This document shows, in pieces, positions 17,654-27,677 of a stretch of 64,000 nt of DNA; positions within the stretch are counted from its first letter, which is position 1; each line of letters starts with the position of its first letter. The notes under the pieces are model-generated. The model did not search any database, was not told where the DNA came from, and saw nothing but the letters and a program-made list of their open reading frames with translations. The position numbers were made by a program, and so were the translations under genes. The DNA lies in the sequence record NC_019411.1. One strand, 5' to 3'.

Positions 17654-18409
17654 CTACTCCTTGAGGTAGCCGGCGGCGATCGCCTCGGCCCTGGTGTTGG
17701 CTTTGCTCAGGACCGAATAGCCCCGCGCCTGGATGAAACGGACGTCCTCGTAAAGCTGGACCTCCAGCTTGCCGTCGAGCGCGATGCGCCCCAGCCGGAC
17801 GGGCGAGGCCACGAATGGCGCCGGCTCGCCGTCCTTCCAGACGTTGACCTCGACCTCGCCGCGATCGGCCGTCGCCACCACCAGCGAGGCGTGGCCCCCG
17901 ATCCAGTTGGGGTTCCAGATTTCCAGCCACATCGTGTCGCCGCCCGCGCCGGCGTCGGCCAAACGGCGCGCCAGCGTCAGGGCGTAGTCCTCGCAGTCGC
18001 CGCAGAAGGCGTTCTCGGCCCAGAAATCACCCTGTTGGTACATCGTGCGGTCAGAAGTGTACTGAAAAGTGCTTCTGAGCGCCTTGTCTTGCTCAAAAAC
18101 CTCCGAAAATGCCAATTTTCGACCCTTTCTGACCTCGCAGAGGGGATTTTTGGCCCATTTTTCGCAGAAAATCCGCAGATCGGGGATCGCCACCGCCACT
18201 TCGCCGCCATAATCGGGCGTTTCGCCGCCCGAGCCGCTGGATTTGGGGTCGGCGGGGCATTGGTGGTCGACGGCGGCCGGCGCGGTGACGAACGGGAGGT
18301 CCTGGCCCGGCGCGGCGAGGGAAAGAGCGTTCCAGGCGAACCAGCCCAGGCCGCCAAACAGGATCGTTGCGATCGCGACGACGACAAGCCAGAAACGCAT
18401 GATCGACAC
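17654..18409 (-). CDS. Transglutaminase-like cysteine protease (BTLCP/LapG-like) with N-terminal membrane anchor
   Basis: GDCEDYAL and GHASLVVAT motifs; hydrophobic N-terminus. Confidence 0.7.
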   Translation of the reverse strand: MSIMRFWLVVVAIATILFGGLGWFAWNALSLAAPGQDLPFVTAPAAVDHQCPADPKSSGSGGETPDYGGEVAVAIPDLRIFCEKWAKNPLCEVRKGRKLAFSEVFEQDKALRSTFQYTSDRTMYQQGDFWAENAFCGDCEDYALTLARRLADAGAGGDTMWLEIWNPNWIGGHASLVVATADRGEVEVNVWKDGEPAPFVASPVRLGRIALDGKLEVQLYEDVRFIQARGYSVLSKANTRAEAIAAGYLKE

Positions 18410-18827
18410 CCCTTAAGTGTCATTAACCATGACACAAGATGTCGTGAATCGCAACATTCGCGCATAAGAAGAGCCCCGCCTGTCGTGATTCCAGGCGGGG
18501 CTCGTGCTGCTTAGGAGAAACAGAAGAGAAGAGGTCGATCCCTGGGTGGCGGATCAACCTCTCGACAGTTTACTTGAGCATACGGGTCTCCTTCCTTGGT
18601 CTGGTCTGTCTGGCGGCCTTGAACGGCCCCTTGTGAAGATTTGAAGCTAAACCGGCAACGAAACGGCGTCAAGACCTAAATGTGCTGATTCACGACTTCG
18701 AATGTCGTGAATCTTGACAACCGGGCGTTAACCATGCCATTTTCCCGCCTACCTGCCCCACCGGTAGGGCCTCCAACGTCAACTTGGGGAGGATGCGTGC
18801 GTCCTCCCCTCCTTCTCCGGGCGCCGC

Positions 18828-20726
18828 ATGGCCGGTCAGACGCCGAACTCCCTGAACATCTCGCGGGTCGCCCGCGCGACCTCGCAGGCCATCTATCTGG
18901 TCACCCATCCCGAGTACCAGCACTGGCGCTCGGAGTGGACCAAGCTGCGTGACGTCCTGGCGGGTCAGCGCGAGATCAAGCGCAAGGGCGAGGCCTATCT
19001 GCCGGCCATGAAGGGCGCCGACAAGGACGACTACAAAATCTACCTGGAGCGGGCGACCTTCTTCAACATGCTCGCCCAGACGCGCGATGGCATGACCGGC
19101 ATGGTCTTCCGCCGCGACCCGTCGATCAAGAACCTGCCGCCCAAGTTCAAGGACGCCGTGCGGCGCTTCGCCAAGGACGGCTCCTCCCACGCCACCTTCG
19201 CCAAGGCGGTCCTGTCGGACCAGTCGGGCATTGGCCGCTACGGCGTCCTGGTCGACGTCACCGATTCCCCGGTCCGCAACGCCCAGCCGTCGAGCTTCGC
19301 GGTCGGCTACGCGGCCGAGAACATCCTCGACTGGGACGAGGTGGTCGACACCGCCGGCTTCTATGTCCCCAGCCGCGTTCTGCTGCGCGAATTCGTCCGC
19401 GACCTGCGCTGGAAGAGCGATATCGAGCCCCTGACCACCGCCAAGGCCCGCAAGGCGCGCGCCGAGGCCCTGGCGTCCGGCTCCTCGTCCAGCCCCCTGG
19501 TGCGCCAGACCGCCCGCACGCTGGGCGGCTACAGCTACATCACCGTCTACCGGGAACTGAAGCTCGAAGAGATCGAATGGCCGTCCGGCGAGGTCAAGCC
19601 CGCCTACGTCCAGTACCTCTACGAAGAAGACCCCGAGTCGACGCCGATCGCTCGCCTCGTCCCCAATGTCCGGGGCGAGCCGCTCGACTTCATCCCCTTC
19701 AAGTTCTTCGGCGCCTCGGGCAACACCGCCGACGTCGAAAAGCCGCCGCTGCTCGACATCTGCGACCTCAACCTGTCGCACTACCGCACCTACGCCGAAC
19801 TCGAATACGGCCGCCTGTTCACCGCCCTGCCGGTCTATTACGCGCCGGGCACCGACAGCGAGGGCACGGGCGAATACCACATCGGCCCGAACATGGTCTG
19901 GGAAGTCCCCCAGGGCTCCGAGCCCGGCATCCTGGAGTACACCGGCCAGGGCCTGAAGGCCCTCGAAACCGCCCTCAACGACAAGGAGCGGCAGATCGCC
20001 GCGATCGGCGGCCGGATGATGCCCGGCGCCTCCAAGTCGGTGTCGGAGAGCAACAACCAGACGACCCTTCGCGAGGCCAACGAGCAATCGCTGCTCCTCA
20101 ACATCATCCAGGCCTGCGAGGCGGGGATGACCGACGTCGTCCGCTGGTGGCTGATGTGGCGCGACGTGCCGCTCGCCGAGACCGAGAACCTGCGCTACGA
20201 GATCAACACCGACTTCCTGTCGACGCCGATCGGCGCGCGCGAGATGCGGGCGATCCAGCTTATGGCCAACGACGGCCTGCTGCCCGATCCGGTCTTCTAC
20301 GAGTACATGCGCAAGGCCGAGGTCATCTCCTCGGACATGACCTTCGAGGAGTTCCAGGAACTGCGCGCCGATCCGGATTCGTTCATCAACAACCCGGACG
20401 CCCAGGCCCGCCAGCGCGGCTTCACCAACCGCAGCCAGGAACTCGAACAGACCCGCATGGCGCGCGAGGCCGACTTCACCCAGCAGAAGATCGACATCCA
20501 GGAGCGCGCCGTCGCCGTCCAGGAAGGTCACGCCGAAGTCGCCCACGCCGTCGGTTCGACCTCGGTTTCGGCCTCCCGCAAGCTGGGCGATCCCGAGCAG
20601 GCCAAGCCCGCTCAGGCCGAGGCCGCCCAGATCGCCAATCAGCGCCGTCAGATCAGCAACGCCGCCAAGACCCCGCCGGCGGCGCCGGGCGCTCCCCCCG
20701 CCCCGAACCCGAGGACCGCCCGATGA
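18828..20726 (+). CDS. Portal protein (DUF4055-type)
   Basis: 632 aa; HPEY...W..lRD, YLP, Y..YL.RA.F.N and LNLSHYR motifs; first large gene of the head module. Confidence 0.85.
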   Translation: MAGQTPNSLNISRVARATSQAIYLVTHPEYQHWRSEWTKLRDVLAGQREIKRKGEAYLPAMKGADKDDYKIYLERATFFNMLAQTRDGMTGMVFRRDPSIKNLPPKFKDAVRRFAKDGSSHATFAKAVLSDQSGIGRYGVLVDVTDSPVRNAQPSSFAVGYAAENILDWDEVVDTAGFYVPSRVLLREFVRDLRWKSDIEPLTTAKARKARAEALASGSSSSPLVRQTARTLGGYSYITVYRELKLEEIEWPSGEVKPAYVQYLYEEDPESTPIARLVPNVRGEPLDFIPFKFFGASGNTADVEKPPLLDICDLNLSHYRTYAELEYGRLFTALPVYYAPGTDSEGTGEYHIGPNMVWEVPQGSEPGILEYTGQGLKALETALNDKERQIAAIGGRMMPGASKSVSESNNQTTLREANEQSLLLNIIQACEAGMTDVVRWWLMWRDVPLAETENLRYEINTDFLSTPIGAREMRAIQLMANDGLLPDPVFYEYMRKAEVISSDMTFEEFQELRADPDSFINNPDAQARQRGFTNRSQELEQTRMAREADFTQQKIDIQERAVAVQEGHAEVAHAVGSTSVSASRKLGDPEQAKPAQAEAAQIANQRRQISNAAKTPPAAPGAPPAPNPRTAR

Positions 20727-21049
20727 GCTACCTCCTGTCGCCCTACAAGGCCCCCGCGCCCGAAGTGGTCGCCGCCCACGCCAAGACCCTCCTGGCCGAG
20801 CAGGGCTACGCCGCCCGCGAGGACCTGATCGGGCGCTGCCAGGAAGCCAGCGTTGATCTGGCCCGCACCGCCGGGCTGAACGCGGCCGAAGCCGCCGAGG
20901 TCGGCGAGGAGATCGCCGGCTTGCAGCGTCTGATCGCCGAACTGGTCGCCACCCAAGCCAAGCTGGAGGCCGAGGGCCGCAGCGCCTACGAAGCCGCCGC
21001 CCTCAACGCCGCGACGGCCGTCTATCTGTCGCGCGGCCTGACGCCGTAA
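20723..21049 (+). CDS. Hypothetical coiled-coil protein
   Basis: ATGA coupling to the portal gene. Confidence 0.7.
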   Translation: MSYLLSPYKAPAPEVVAAHAKTLLAEQGYAAREDLIGRCQEASVDLARTAGLNAAEAAEVGEEIAGLQRLIAELVATQAKLEAEGRSAYEAAALNAATAVYLSRGLTP

Positions 21050-21068
21050 CCCTAGCTTGTAGAGTAAC

Positions 21069-21248
21069 ATGCCCTCGCGCTACGATTCCCTTGAAGACCT
21101 GATGCATGACCTCGATCACGAGGGCATCGTGGACGATGGCTTTGGCGAACTGGACGAGGAGGACCTATCCCTTCTCGCCCCGCCGGGCAAGAAGACCGCG
21201 CCCGCGCCGGCCGCCAAGAAGCGGGGCCGTCCCAAGAAGGCGACCTGA
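21069..21248 (+). CDS. 59-aa acidic protein with C-terminal AT-hook-like KRGRPKK
   Basis: Hand translation MPSRYDSLEDLMHDLDHEG...AAKKRGRPKKAT; TGATG coupling to the next gene. Confidence 0.6.
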   Translation: MPSRYDSLEDLMHDLDHEGIVDDGFGELDEEDLSLLAPPGKKTAPAPAAKKRGRPKKAT

Positions 21249-21487
21249 TGCGCCACACCTCCGCCCGCTGGAACGTCCTGACCGTGCGGCTGGACGACAC
21301 CGCCCACTGGGTCGACGAGGTCGACGTGACCATCACCGACCTGGAGACGGGCGAGCATCCGCGCGGCGAGGACGGCGAGTTCCTCCCGATCCTGGCGGCG
21401 ACGCCCGAGACCATCACCCTCTACAACGGCCATGCCATCGCCGGCCGCTACGAGATCACCTCCAGCCTTGAGGCGCCTTGTGTCTGA
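21248..21487 (+). CDS. Hypothetical protein
   Basis: Coupled operon. Confidence 0.65.
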   Translation: MRHTSARWNVLTVRLDDTAHWVDEVDVTITDLETGEHPRGEDGEFLPILAATPETITLYNGHAIAGRYEITSSLEAPCV

Positions 21488-21668
21488 GACGACCCTGATC
21501 GGCGATCCGAACGCCGAGCGGACCATCGAGGTCCTGGCCATGCACCCTGACGAGGCCGCGAGCTTCGTCCCCACGCCCGAGCAGGCCGCCAAGATCGCCT
21601 CGGGCGACATGATCATCGGGATCATCCGCTACGGCCCGCCGCCCCAGGACGGTCTCGTCGGCGGCTGA
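21480..21668 (+). CDS. Hypothetical protein
   Basis: GAGG SD, GTG start. Confidence 0.55.
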   Translation: MSETTLIGDPNAERTIEVLAMHPDEAASFVPTPEQAAKIASGDMIIGIIRYGPPPQDGLVGG

Positions 21669-21741
21669 TGTGATGTCGTGAATCTTGACACGCCATGTCA
21701 GGTGTGATGACGTAGCCCTCGTTAACCACGAGGGCTTTTCC

Positions 21742-21999
21742 ATGACCACCGCCGTCGACATCCAGGCCGCCGGGCACAACCTGATCGTCTACCTGACGGA
21801 CATCTATGTCGTCGACGGCGAAGCCCAGGAGCGCGACTCCATCGAGTTCGTCCGCAAGGGCGCCAAGCGCACCTTCCACGTCCATCAGACCCGTGATCTC
21901 TACGTCACCGAGGTCCGGGACGCCGAAACCGATCTCAACGCGCTGATCGATGCTGGCGACGAGGCTGCGGCCCGCCAGTACATCCTCGACGCGTCCTAG
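21742..21999 (+). CDS. Hypothetical protein
   Basis: Downstream of the 21675 promoter; GAGG SD. Confidence 0.7.
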   Translation: MTTAVDIQAAGHNLIVYLTDIYVVDGEAQERDSIEFVRKGAKRTFHVHQTRDLYVTEVRDAETDLNALIDAGDEAAARQYILDAS

Positions 22000-22187
22000 T
22001 TTGTAGCGGCGCCGATTGCCCAGCGGGCGCATGCCGGACACGCGCTGGGAACCAAATCGGCCGCGATGCGCGCGAGGGCTTTTTTGATGCAGGCCTAGCG
22101 CGTCAACAGGTGGCGCCGGCCTCTGGCTTCCAGGGGTTCCTTTCAACCTGAATCGCGGCAAGTCCGGGCTCCTTTCCCGAGGGCTCT

Positions 22188-22772
22188 ATGAGCGACGATT
22201 TCGACAAGCGTTTCGACGAGAAGAAGGCGGCCCTCGACGGCGCCGCGCGGGGCCAGCTTTCGCTCCCCTTCCCTGGATCGTCCTCGGCCTCGGCCGAGGA
22301 GTTGATCCGCCGCTTTTCGTCGCTCAACCCCACCCCGCTGCCGCCGTTCGTGCTGGGCGCGGCCGTCAAGCTGTCGGACACGCCCATCCAGCCCGCGCCG
22401 CGCGAGGGTCATGCCGACGAGGTGTTCATCGACCTGCCGTTCGATCACAAGACGGTGTCCGACTGCAAGGCCAAGTTCGTCGACGACAAGAAGGCCTTCC
22501 AGGGCTTTCCGGGCGAGCCGGTCGAGGAAGCGGCGCCCAAGATCACGATCCAGGTCTACCTCAAGAACGGGCAGGTGCGCGAGTACGACGTCGACACCCA
22601 GGCCGCCGCCCGCGAGCACGCCTTCGAGATCATCCAGACCGGCTATCGCGCCGTCGACGAGGCCGATCCCTGCACCCTGACCCACTGGCCGCCGCACGAG
22701 ATCAAGAAGGTCAAGCTCAAGGCCGCCAAGCCGTGGACGACCCAGTATTTCGACCGCGTGCGGGGCACCTGA
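22188..22772 (+). CDS. Hypothetical protein
   Basis: GAGG SD, strong codon bias. Confidence 0.75.
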   Translation: MSDDFDKRFDEKKAALDGAARGQLSLPFPGSSSASAEELIRRFSSLNPTPLPPFVLGAAVKLSDTPIQPAPREGHADEVFIDLPFDHKTVSDCKAKFVDDKKAFQGFPGEPVEEAAPKITIQVYLKNGQVREYDVDTQAAAREHAFEIIQTGYRAVDEADPCTLTHWPPHEIKKVKLKAAKPWTTQYFDRVRGT

Positions 22773-23005
22773 TGACCCCGACCGAAGCCGTCATCGCCCG
22801 GATCGAGTCCGGCGAGCCCTTCACCTATCACACCCTGAGCGTGATCAACGACGCGGCGGGCGGGAACGAGGCGCGCGACCGGCTGGCCGACCGCACCATC
22901 CAGAGGTATCGCCGCAAGGGCTGGATCACCTTCACCCGCGAGGGCCGCTACGTGGTCTGGCGTCCGACGCCGGCCGGCGCCGCCCAGTTCAACCTCCAAG
23001 CTTAG
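22772..23005 (+). CDS. Hypothetical protein (possible winged-helix)
   Basis: TGATG coupling. Confidence 0.6.
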   Translation: MTPTEAVIARIESGEPFTYHTLSVINDAAGGNEARDRLADRTIQRYRRKGWITFTREGRYVVWRPTPAGAAQFNLQA

Positions 23006-23015
23006 GAGCCCGTCC

Positions 23016-23399
23016 ATGTGCGTTGTTTCCGCCGTGATGGACTACGGCCGCCGGCAATGGCCCGACCTGATGGGGCCGGGCGGTCCGACCATCGTGCCGG
23101 GCGTGGATCAGCCCTGGTTTGAGATCGTCTCGCCCGGCCTGCCGCCGGCCCCGGTCCATCCCCAGCCCAAGGTCCCGACCCGCGCCGAGATCGAGGCCTT
23201 CCGCCGGCTGGTCCAGGCCGCCAACGAGTTCGATGAGAAGACGGGTCAGCCGCACTGCGAGGACCCCGAGAAGATCAAGCTGCTCGACGCGATCAACAAG
23301 CTGGCCGATCGCCTCGACGCCATCGAAAAGCGTCTCGCCGCCCAGGACAGCGCCGACGCCGAGGACGCGGCGGCGATCACCGCCTCGGTCAAGACGTGA
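23016..23399 (+). CDS. Conserved phage protein (MCVVSAVMDY...DCEDPEK type)
   Basis: AGGAG SD. Confidence 0.7.
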   Translation: MCVVSAVMDYGRRQWPDLMGPGGPTIVPGVDQPWFEIVSPGLPPAPVHPQPKVPTRAEIEAFRRLVQAANEFDEKTGQPHCEDPEKIKLLDAINKLADRLDAIEKRLAAQDSADAEDAAAITASVKT

Positions 23400-23638
23400 G
23401 CGTCTTCGATCTCCCGGCCGACGGCTTTGATCGCCGCAAGCCGCTCTACCGGGTCTTCAACATCGACGGCGAGAAGCAGTGGTGGACGGTGATCGCCGCC
23501 CTCAACGCGCCGGGCCGCCGCTGCACCAAGCAGGAGGCCATGGGCTGCGAGGACTATGTCGCCGCCCATGCCTGGGCCGAGCATTTCTGGAACTGTTACG
23601 CCGCCACTGGCAAGGCGACCATCTACGAGAGCACGTGA
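23396..23638 (+). CDS. Hypothetical protein
   Basis: GTGA coupling. Confidence 0.65.
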   Translation: MSVFDLPADGFDRRKPLYRVFNIDGEKQWWTVIAALNAPGRRCTKQEAMGCEDYVAAHAWAEHFWNCYAATGKATIYEST

Positions 23639-23922
23639 TGAAACTCACCGTCAGCGGTCAGGACATGAGCGGGACCGAGACCGTCTATCTGATGCTGGTC
23701 CCCCGCGTGGGCGTGCGCCTGGAGAGCGACAAGCCCGTCACCCTGACCTTCGATCCGCTGCCCGGCGCGGCCGGCGCCGTCAGGGTCGATCCCAAGACCC
23801 CCCTGACCCTGGCCGAGAACCCCAAGCCGAGCGAACTGCGGCTGCTGCCGGCCGGCGCCGAGCAGGTCTTCTACCTCAACGCCAATGGCCGCTGGATGGT
23901 GACCTTCCGGGAGGAGCCGTGA
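23638..23922 (+). CDS. Hypothetical protein
   Basis: TGATG coupling. Confidence 0.65.
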   Translation: MKLTVSGQDMSGTETVYLMLVPRVGVRLESDKPVTLTFDPLPGAAGAVRVDPKTPLTLAENPKPSELRLLPAGAEQVFYLNANGRWMVTFREEP

Positions 23923-24158
23923 AACCGGCCCAGCCCATGCCCAACGGCATGCCGTTCGGGCGCGACGGCTTTCCTCGCGTCGAGAAGATCGACGCGGTGC
24001 GCAACATCGTCACCTTCCATACCGGCGAGACGTCCCCGATCACCAGTTACCTCGCCGGCGGCGAGGAGGTCGGCAACCCGCTGCGCGCCCAGGTCATCGT
24101 CTGTGGCCCCTATCGCGGCAAGTGGCTGGTCATTCCGGTCGAGGAGGGCGACATTTGA
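23919..24158 (+). CDS. Hypothetical protein
   Basis: GTGA coupling, GGAGG SD. Confidence 0.6.
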   Translation: MKPAQPMPNGMPFGRDGFPRVEKIDAVRNIVTFHTGETSPITSYLAGGEEVGNPLRAQVIVCGPYRGKWLVIPVEEGDI

Positions 24159-24394
24159 GCCGGCCCCGCAGCGTCACCGAAGTCCTCTGCGACGACTTCC
24201 GCGCCCTCCTGACCACGGGCTTCTACGTCACCGACGAGCATGGCGAGGTCCATGGGCCGGGCACCCCGCTGGGCGACGCGGCCCTGGCGGCGACCAAGGC
24301 GTGGCGCGGCGATCTCTGGAAGGCCTTCCGCCCGATCGACGACAGCATGTGCCCGGTCCGCGTCCACGAGCGCGAAGCCGCCAAGCGTCCGTGA
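24155..24394 (+). CDS. Hypothetical protein
   Basis: TTGA coupling, GGAGG SD. Confidence 0.6.
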   Translation: MSRPRSVTEVLCDDFRALLTTGFYVTDEHGEVHGPGTPLGDAALAATKAWRGDLWKAFRPIDDSMCPVRVHEREAAKRP

Positions 24395-24762
24395 CCCACC
24401 GTCCCTCGGCCTATCTCCGGACCCCGCCGATGCGCTATCCCGGCCCTTCCGGCTTCGACGAACGGCTGCACCGGGCCGACGGTCGCCCGACGCGGCTTTT
24501 GGTCGCGCCGCATCTGGCCTGGGCGCTCCACCAGCTACGGCGCTATGGTTCGCCGATCGACTGGCTCTTGCCGGCGACGCGCGAGGGCCTCGCCGCGCCG
24601 GGCGATCGTCCGTTCGGCCAGAAGACGGTGCGTCTCAAGCTCGGGCGCCGGCGGCTGACCCGCCTGGGCGACTACCTCGAATACATGCAGTTCGCGAGAG
24701 ACGCGGACCTTGCAACCTACAGGCAATGGCTGGAGGAGACGCCGATTTTTCCGGTGTCGTGA
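24391..24762 (+). CDS. Hypothetical protein
   Basis: GTGA coupling. Confidence 0.6.
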   Translation: MTHRPSAYLRTPPMRYPGPSGFDERLHRADGRPTRLLVAPHLAWALHQLRRYGSPIDWLLPATREGLAAPGDRPFGQKTVRLKLGRRRLTRLGDYLEYMQFARDADLATYRQWLEETPIFPVS

Positions 24763-24822
24763 TTCTTGACACCCTATGTCGTCTGTGGTGACATCCGCTC
24801 GTTAACCATGACGGGCTCCCCG

Positions 24823-25170
24823 ATGATCCGCCTGACCAAGTCCCAGCACTACACCAACACGGCCGAGAACGACCGTAGCTGGTACCTGGACCCGACCCTG
24901 AAGTTCGAGGTCCATGCCCTTCCGATCGTGGCCGAGGGGCAAAAGTGCGGCTATCCGTCGGCGGGCGCCCTGGTCTGTATGAATGGCGAGGCCCACTATG
25001 TCGACGAGGACGTCGACACCATCCTGACCCTGATCAAGATCGCCCGCGCCCCGCACCTCTACCCCCTGCAAGACTCGAACGGTCGCCTGATCAATCGTGA
25101 CGCCTTGATCTATCTGGGCTTCTCGAACGGCGCGTTCGACTACGGCCTGATGAGCGGGGTGGACGCGTGA
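24823..25170 (+). CDS. Hypothetical protein
   Basis: Downstream of the 24756 promoter; start 24808 or 24823. Confidence 0.65.
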   Translation: MIRLTKSQHYTNTAENDRSWYLDPTLKFEVHALPIVAEGQKCGYPSAGALVCMNGEAHYVDEDVDTILTLIKIARAPHLYPLQDSNGRLINRDALIYLGFSNGAFDYGLMSGVDA

Positions 25171-25847
25171 TCGGCAACCTCATCGCGCTTCGTCAGAACG
25201 AAGCCCTGGCCCTGGCGCGCGGCGTGCTGTCGAGCCCCGATCCGGTCGGTCACATCACCCGCAAGCTGGCCCAGGCCCTGGTCGACGAAGCCGCGCTCTA
25301 CGAGGACCGGCGCCTCGCCTTCATGCACCCCTCGATCCTCTGCGCCAACGGCGAGTATTACGATTTCACCGATCCGGACGCCTTTTCCTGGGACATCGAG
25401 GTGATCGCCGCCGGCCTGCGCGCCCCGCGCTTCACCGCCCAGACCCGGAGTCTCGGGACCTATTCGATCCTCCAGCACTCGGTCCTGGCCAGCTACATCG
25501 TCCCCAAGGGCTTCGAACTGGAGGCCCTGCTGCACGACGCCCAGGAGAGCGTGCTCGGCGACAAGGCCACGCCGTTCAAAATCCTCCTGCCCGACTACAA
25601 GCACTACGAGGACGCGGCCGAGCGCGCCGTGCGGCGCAAGTACGGCCTGCCCGAGACGATGTCGCGCGAGGTCAAGCACGCCGACGTCGTCATGCTCGCC
25701 ACCGAGAAGCGCGACATCATGCCCAACCCCGAGGACGAGTGGGAAATGCTCAGGGATATCAAGCCCTTGGACTTCCCGATCGAGGTCTGGGACGTCGAGC
25801 ACGCCCGCAAGGTCTTCCTCGAACGCTTCGCCGATCTGACGGCCTGA
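25167..25847 (+). CDS. HD-domain phosphohydrolase (YfbR/5'-deoxynucleotidase-like)
   Basis: YSILQHSVL...EALLHDAQE..LGD...P.K signature. Confidence 0.8.
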   Translation: MIGNLIALRQNEALALARGVLSSPDPVGHITRKLAQALVDEAALYEDRRLAFMHPSILCANGEYYDFTDPDAFSWDIEVIAAGLRAPRFTAQTRSLGTYSILQHSVLASYIVPKGFELEALLHDAQESVLGDKATPFKILLPDYKHYEDAAERAVRRKYGLPETMSREVKHADVVMLATEKRDIMPNPEDEWEMLRDIKPLDFPIEVWDVEHARKVFLERFADLTA

Positions 25848-25886
25848 CGTCCGCTCCTGACGTAGAACGATACGAGAACATCCGCT

Positions 25887-26411
25887 ATGCGCAATGTCAC
25901 CCTCACCCTGGATGGTCCGATCGCCGTCGGCAAGTCGCGGCTGCTGCGCACCATCGCCTTCGCCCTGGAGAAGACCTATCCGGGCAAGTTCGCCTTCACT
26001 GGCGACGTGGTCGACTGCGCGCCCCTGGCGGTCAACACCATCGAGCCGATGACCATCACCGTGGTCGAGAAGACCGACGGCCGCGCCTATCCCGCGACCC
26101 AGGCCGCGCTCCTGAGCGCCGAGACGGCGCGCGAACTGACCGCCGGCCTGACCAGCGACGAACTCGTGGCCGAAATCTCCAAGGCCGTCGGCGCCGCCGC
26201 TCGCGCCGGCCTGAGCCGCGCGGTGATCGGCAAGGACATCGTGCGCGGGGTCTCCGACTGGAACGGCGACGCCAACGACACCGTGATCGGCCGGGCCGCC
26301 AAGCAGGCGCGCGCCGCCGGCTACGCGGTCAAGAAGGGCATGGATGGCGACCTCGTCATCGAGTGGAAGACCAAGGTCGCCCCGCCCTTCGCCGGCTATC
26401 TGGATCGCTGA
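25887..26411 (+). CDS. Hypothetical protein with N-terminal P-loop-like GPIAVGKS
   Basis: Walker A-like motif near the N-terminus. Confidence 0.6.
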   Translation: MRNVTLTLDGPIAVGKSRLLRTIAFALEKTYPGKFAFTGDVVDCAPLAVNTIEPMTITVVEKTDGRAYPATQAALLSAETARELTAGLTSDELVAEISKAVGAAARAGLSRAVIGKDIVRGVSDWNGDANDTVIGRAAKQARAAGYAVKKGMDGDLVIEWKTKVAPPFAGYLDR

Positions 26412-26415
26412 GCCG

Positions 26416-26619
26416 ATGTCGACCCGCATCCAGCCGCATGACCTTCGCCTCCAGTCGGCGATCGCCGACTTTCACGAGCGCAACCTGATGTGCCCGGAGC
26501 CGGACTGCGACTGGGGCGTGATCGAGACCGGGGAAGAGGACCCCGACACCTGCATCCCCATCACCAAGACCTGTCCGGTGTGCGCCGGCCGGGGCTTCCT
26601 GCCGAAGAAGGCCGCCTGA
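26416..26619 (+). CDS. Zn-finger small protein
   Basis: CPEPDC...CPVCAGRG. Confidence 0.65.
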   Translation: MSTRIQPHDLRLQSAIADFHERNLMCPEPDCDWGVIETGEEDPDTCIPITKTCPVCAGRGFLPKKAA

Positions 26620-27677
26620 TGACCGACATCTACGCCCCCGATCTCTGCATCTACCACGGCAACTGCGCCGACGGGTTCACCGCCGCCTGGGCGGTCTACC
26701 GCCGCTTCGAGGGCGCGGTGCAATTCCTGCCCGGCGTCTACGGCCGCCAGATCAGCGACGACGTCGTGCTGGGCCGCCACGTCCTGCTGGTCGACTTCTC
26801 CTTCAAGAAGGAGGAGTTGAAGCGCATCGCCCAGATCGCCGCCTCGGTGACCATCATCGACCACCACAAGTCGGCGGCCGAGGACCTCAAGGACTTCATC
26901 GTCTCCGAGGCGCTGATGGACCTGACCCCGGCCGAATACGCCGAACTCTGCCATTTCGCCGGGCGCCTGCCGATCCGCGCCCTGTTCGACATGGACCGCT
27001 CGGGCGCGGGCATGACCTGGGACTTCTTCCACCGCGCCACCCCGCGCATGAAGATCATCGACTATGTCGAGGACCGCGACCTGTGGCGCTTCAACCAGGA
27101 AGGCTCGCGCGAGGTCTCGGCCTACATCTTCGCCCACGACTACCGCTTCGACAACTGGGACGCCCTGGCCGGCGAGATCGAGATCGACCTCCCGACGGTG
27201 ATCGCCGCCGGGGCGGCGATCGAGAAGAAGCACCACAAGGACATCGCCGAGCTTCTGCGCCAGACCCAGCGCGAGATGATCATCGGCGGCTACCGCGTGC
27301 CGGTCGCCAACATGCCCTACACCCTGGCCAGCGACGCGGCCAACAAGATGGCCTCCACCCCGCGCGCCGACGGCACCCTGCCGGCCTTCGCCGCCTGCTA
27401 CTTCGACAACAACGCCGGCAAGCGGGCCTTCTCGCTGCGGGCGATCGACGGCGGCGCCGACGTCTCGCAGATCGCCAGCCAGTACGGCGGCGGCGGCCAC
27501 GCCAAGGCCGCCGGCTTCTCGGCCGACCAGGGCTGGGAGGGCGAGGGCGACGAGGCCTATGACGCGTGGCTCAAGACCAGGGTCGCCGCCAGCATCGCCG
27601 AGCTTGAGGCCGGCAAGGGCATCCCCGGCGAACTGGTCGAGGTCGAGTTCGCCAAGCGTCGGGCGGGGACGGCGTGA
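26619..27677 (+). CDS. DHH-family phosphoesterase (DHH + DHHA1)
   Basis: YHGNCADG, LVDFS, IIDHH and C-terminal GGGHAKAAGF motifs. Confidence 0.85.
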   Translation: MTDIYAPDLCIYHGNCADGFTAAWAVYRRFEGAVQFLPGVYGRQISDDVVLGRHVLLVDFSFKKEELKRIAQIAASVTIIDHHKSAAEDLKDFIVSEALMDLTPAEYAELCHFAGRLPIRALFDMDRSGAGMTWDFFHRATPRMKIIDYVEDRDLWRFNQEGSREVSAYIFAHDYRFDNWDALAGEIEIDLPTVIAAGAAIEKKHHKDIAELLRQTQREMIIGGYRVPVANMPYTLASDAANKMASTPRADGTLPAFAACYFDNNAGKRAFSLRAIDGGADVSQIASQYGGGGHAKAAGFSADQGWEGEGDEAYDAWLKTRVAASIAELEAGKGIPGELVEVEFAKRRAGTA

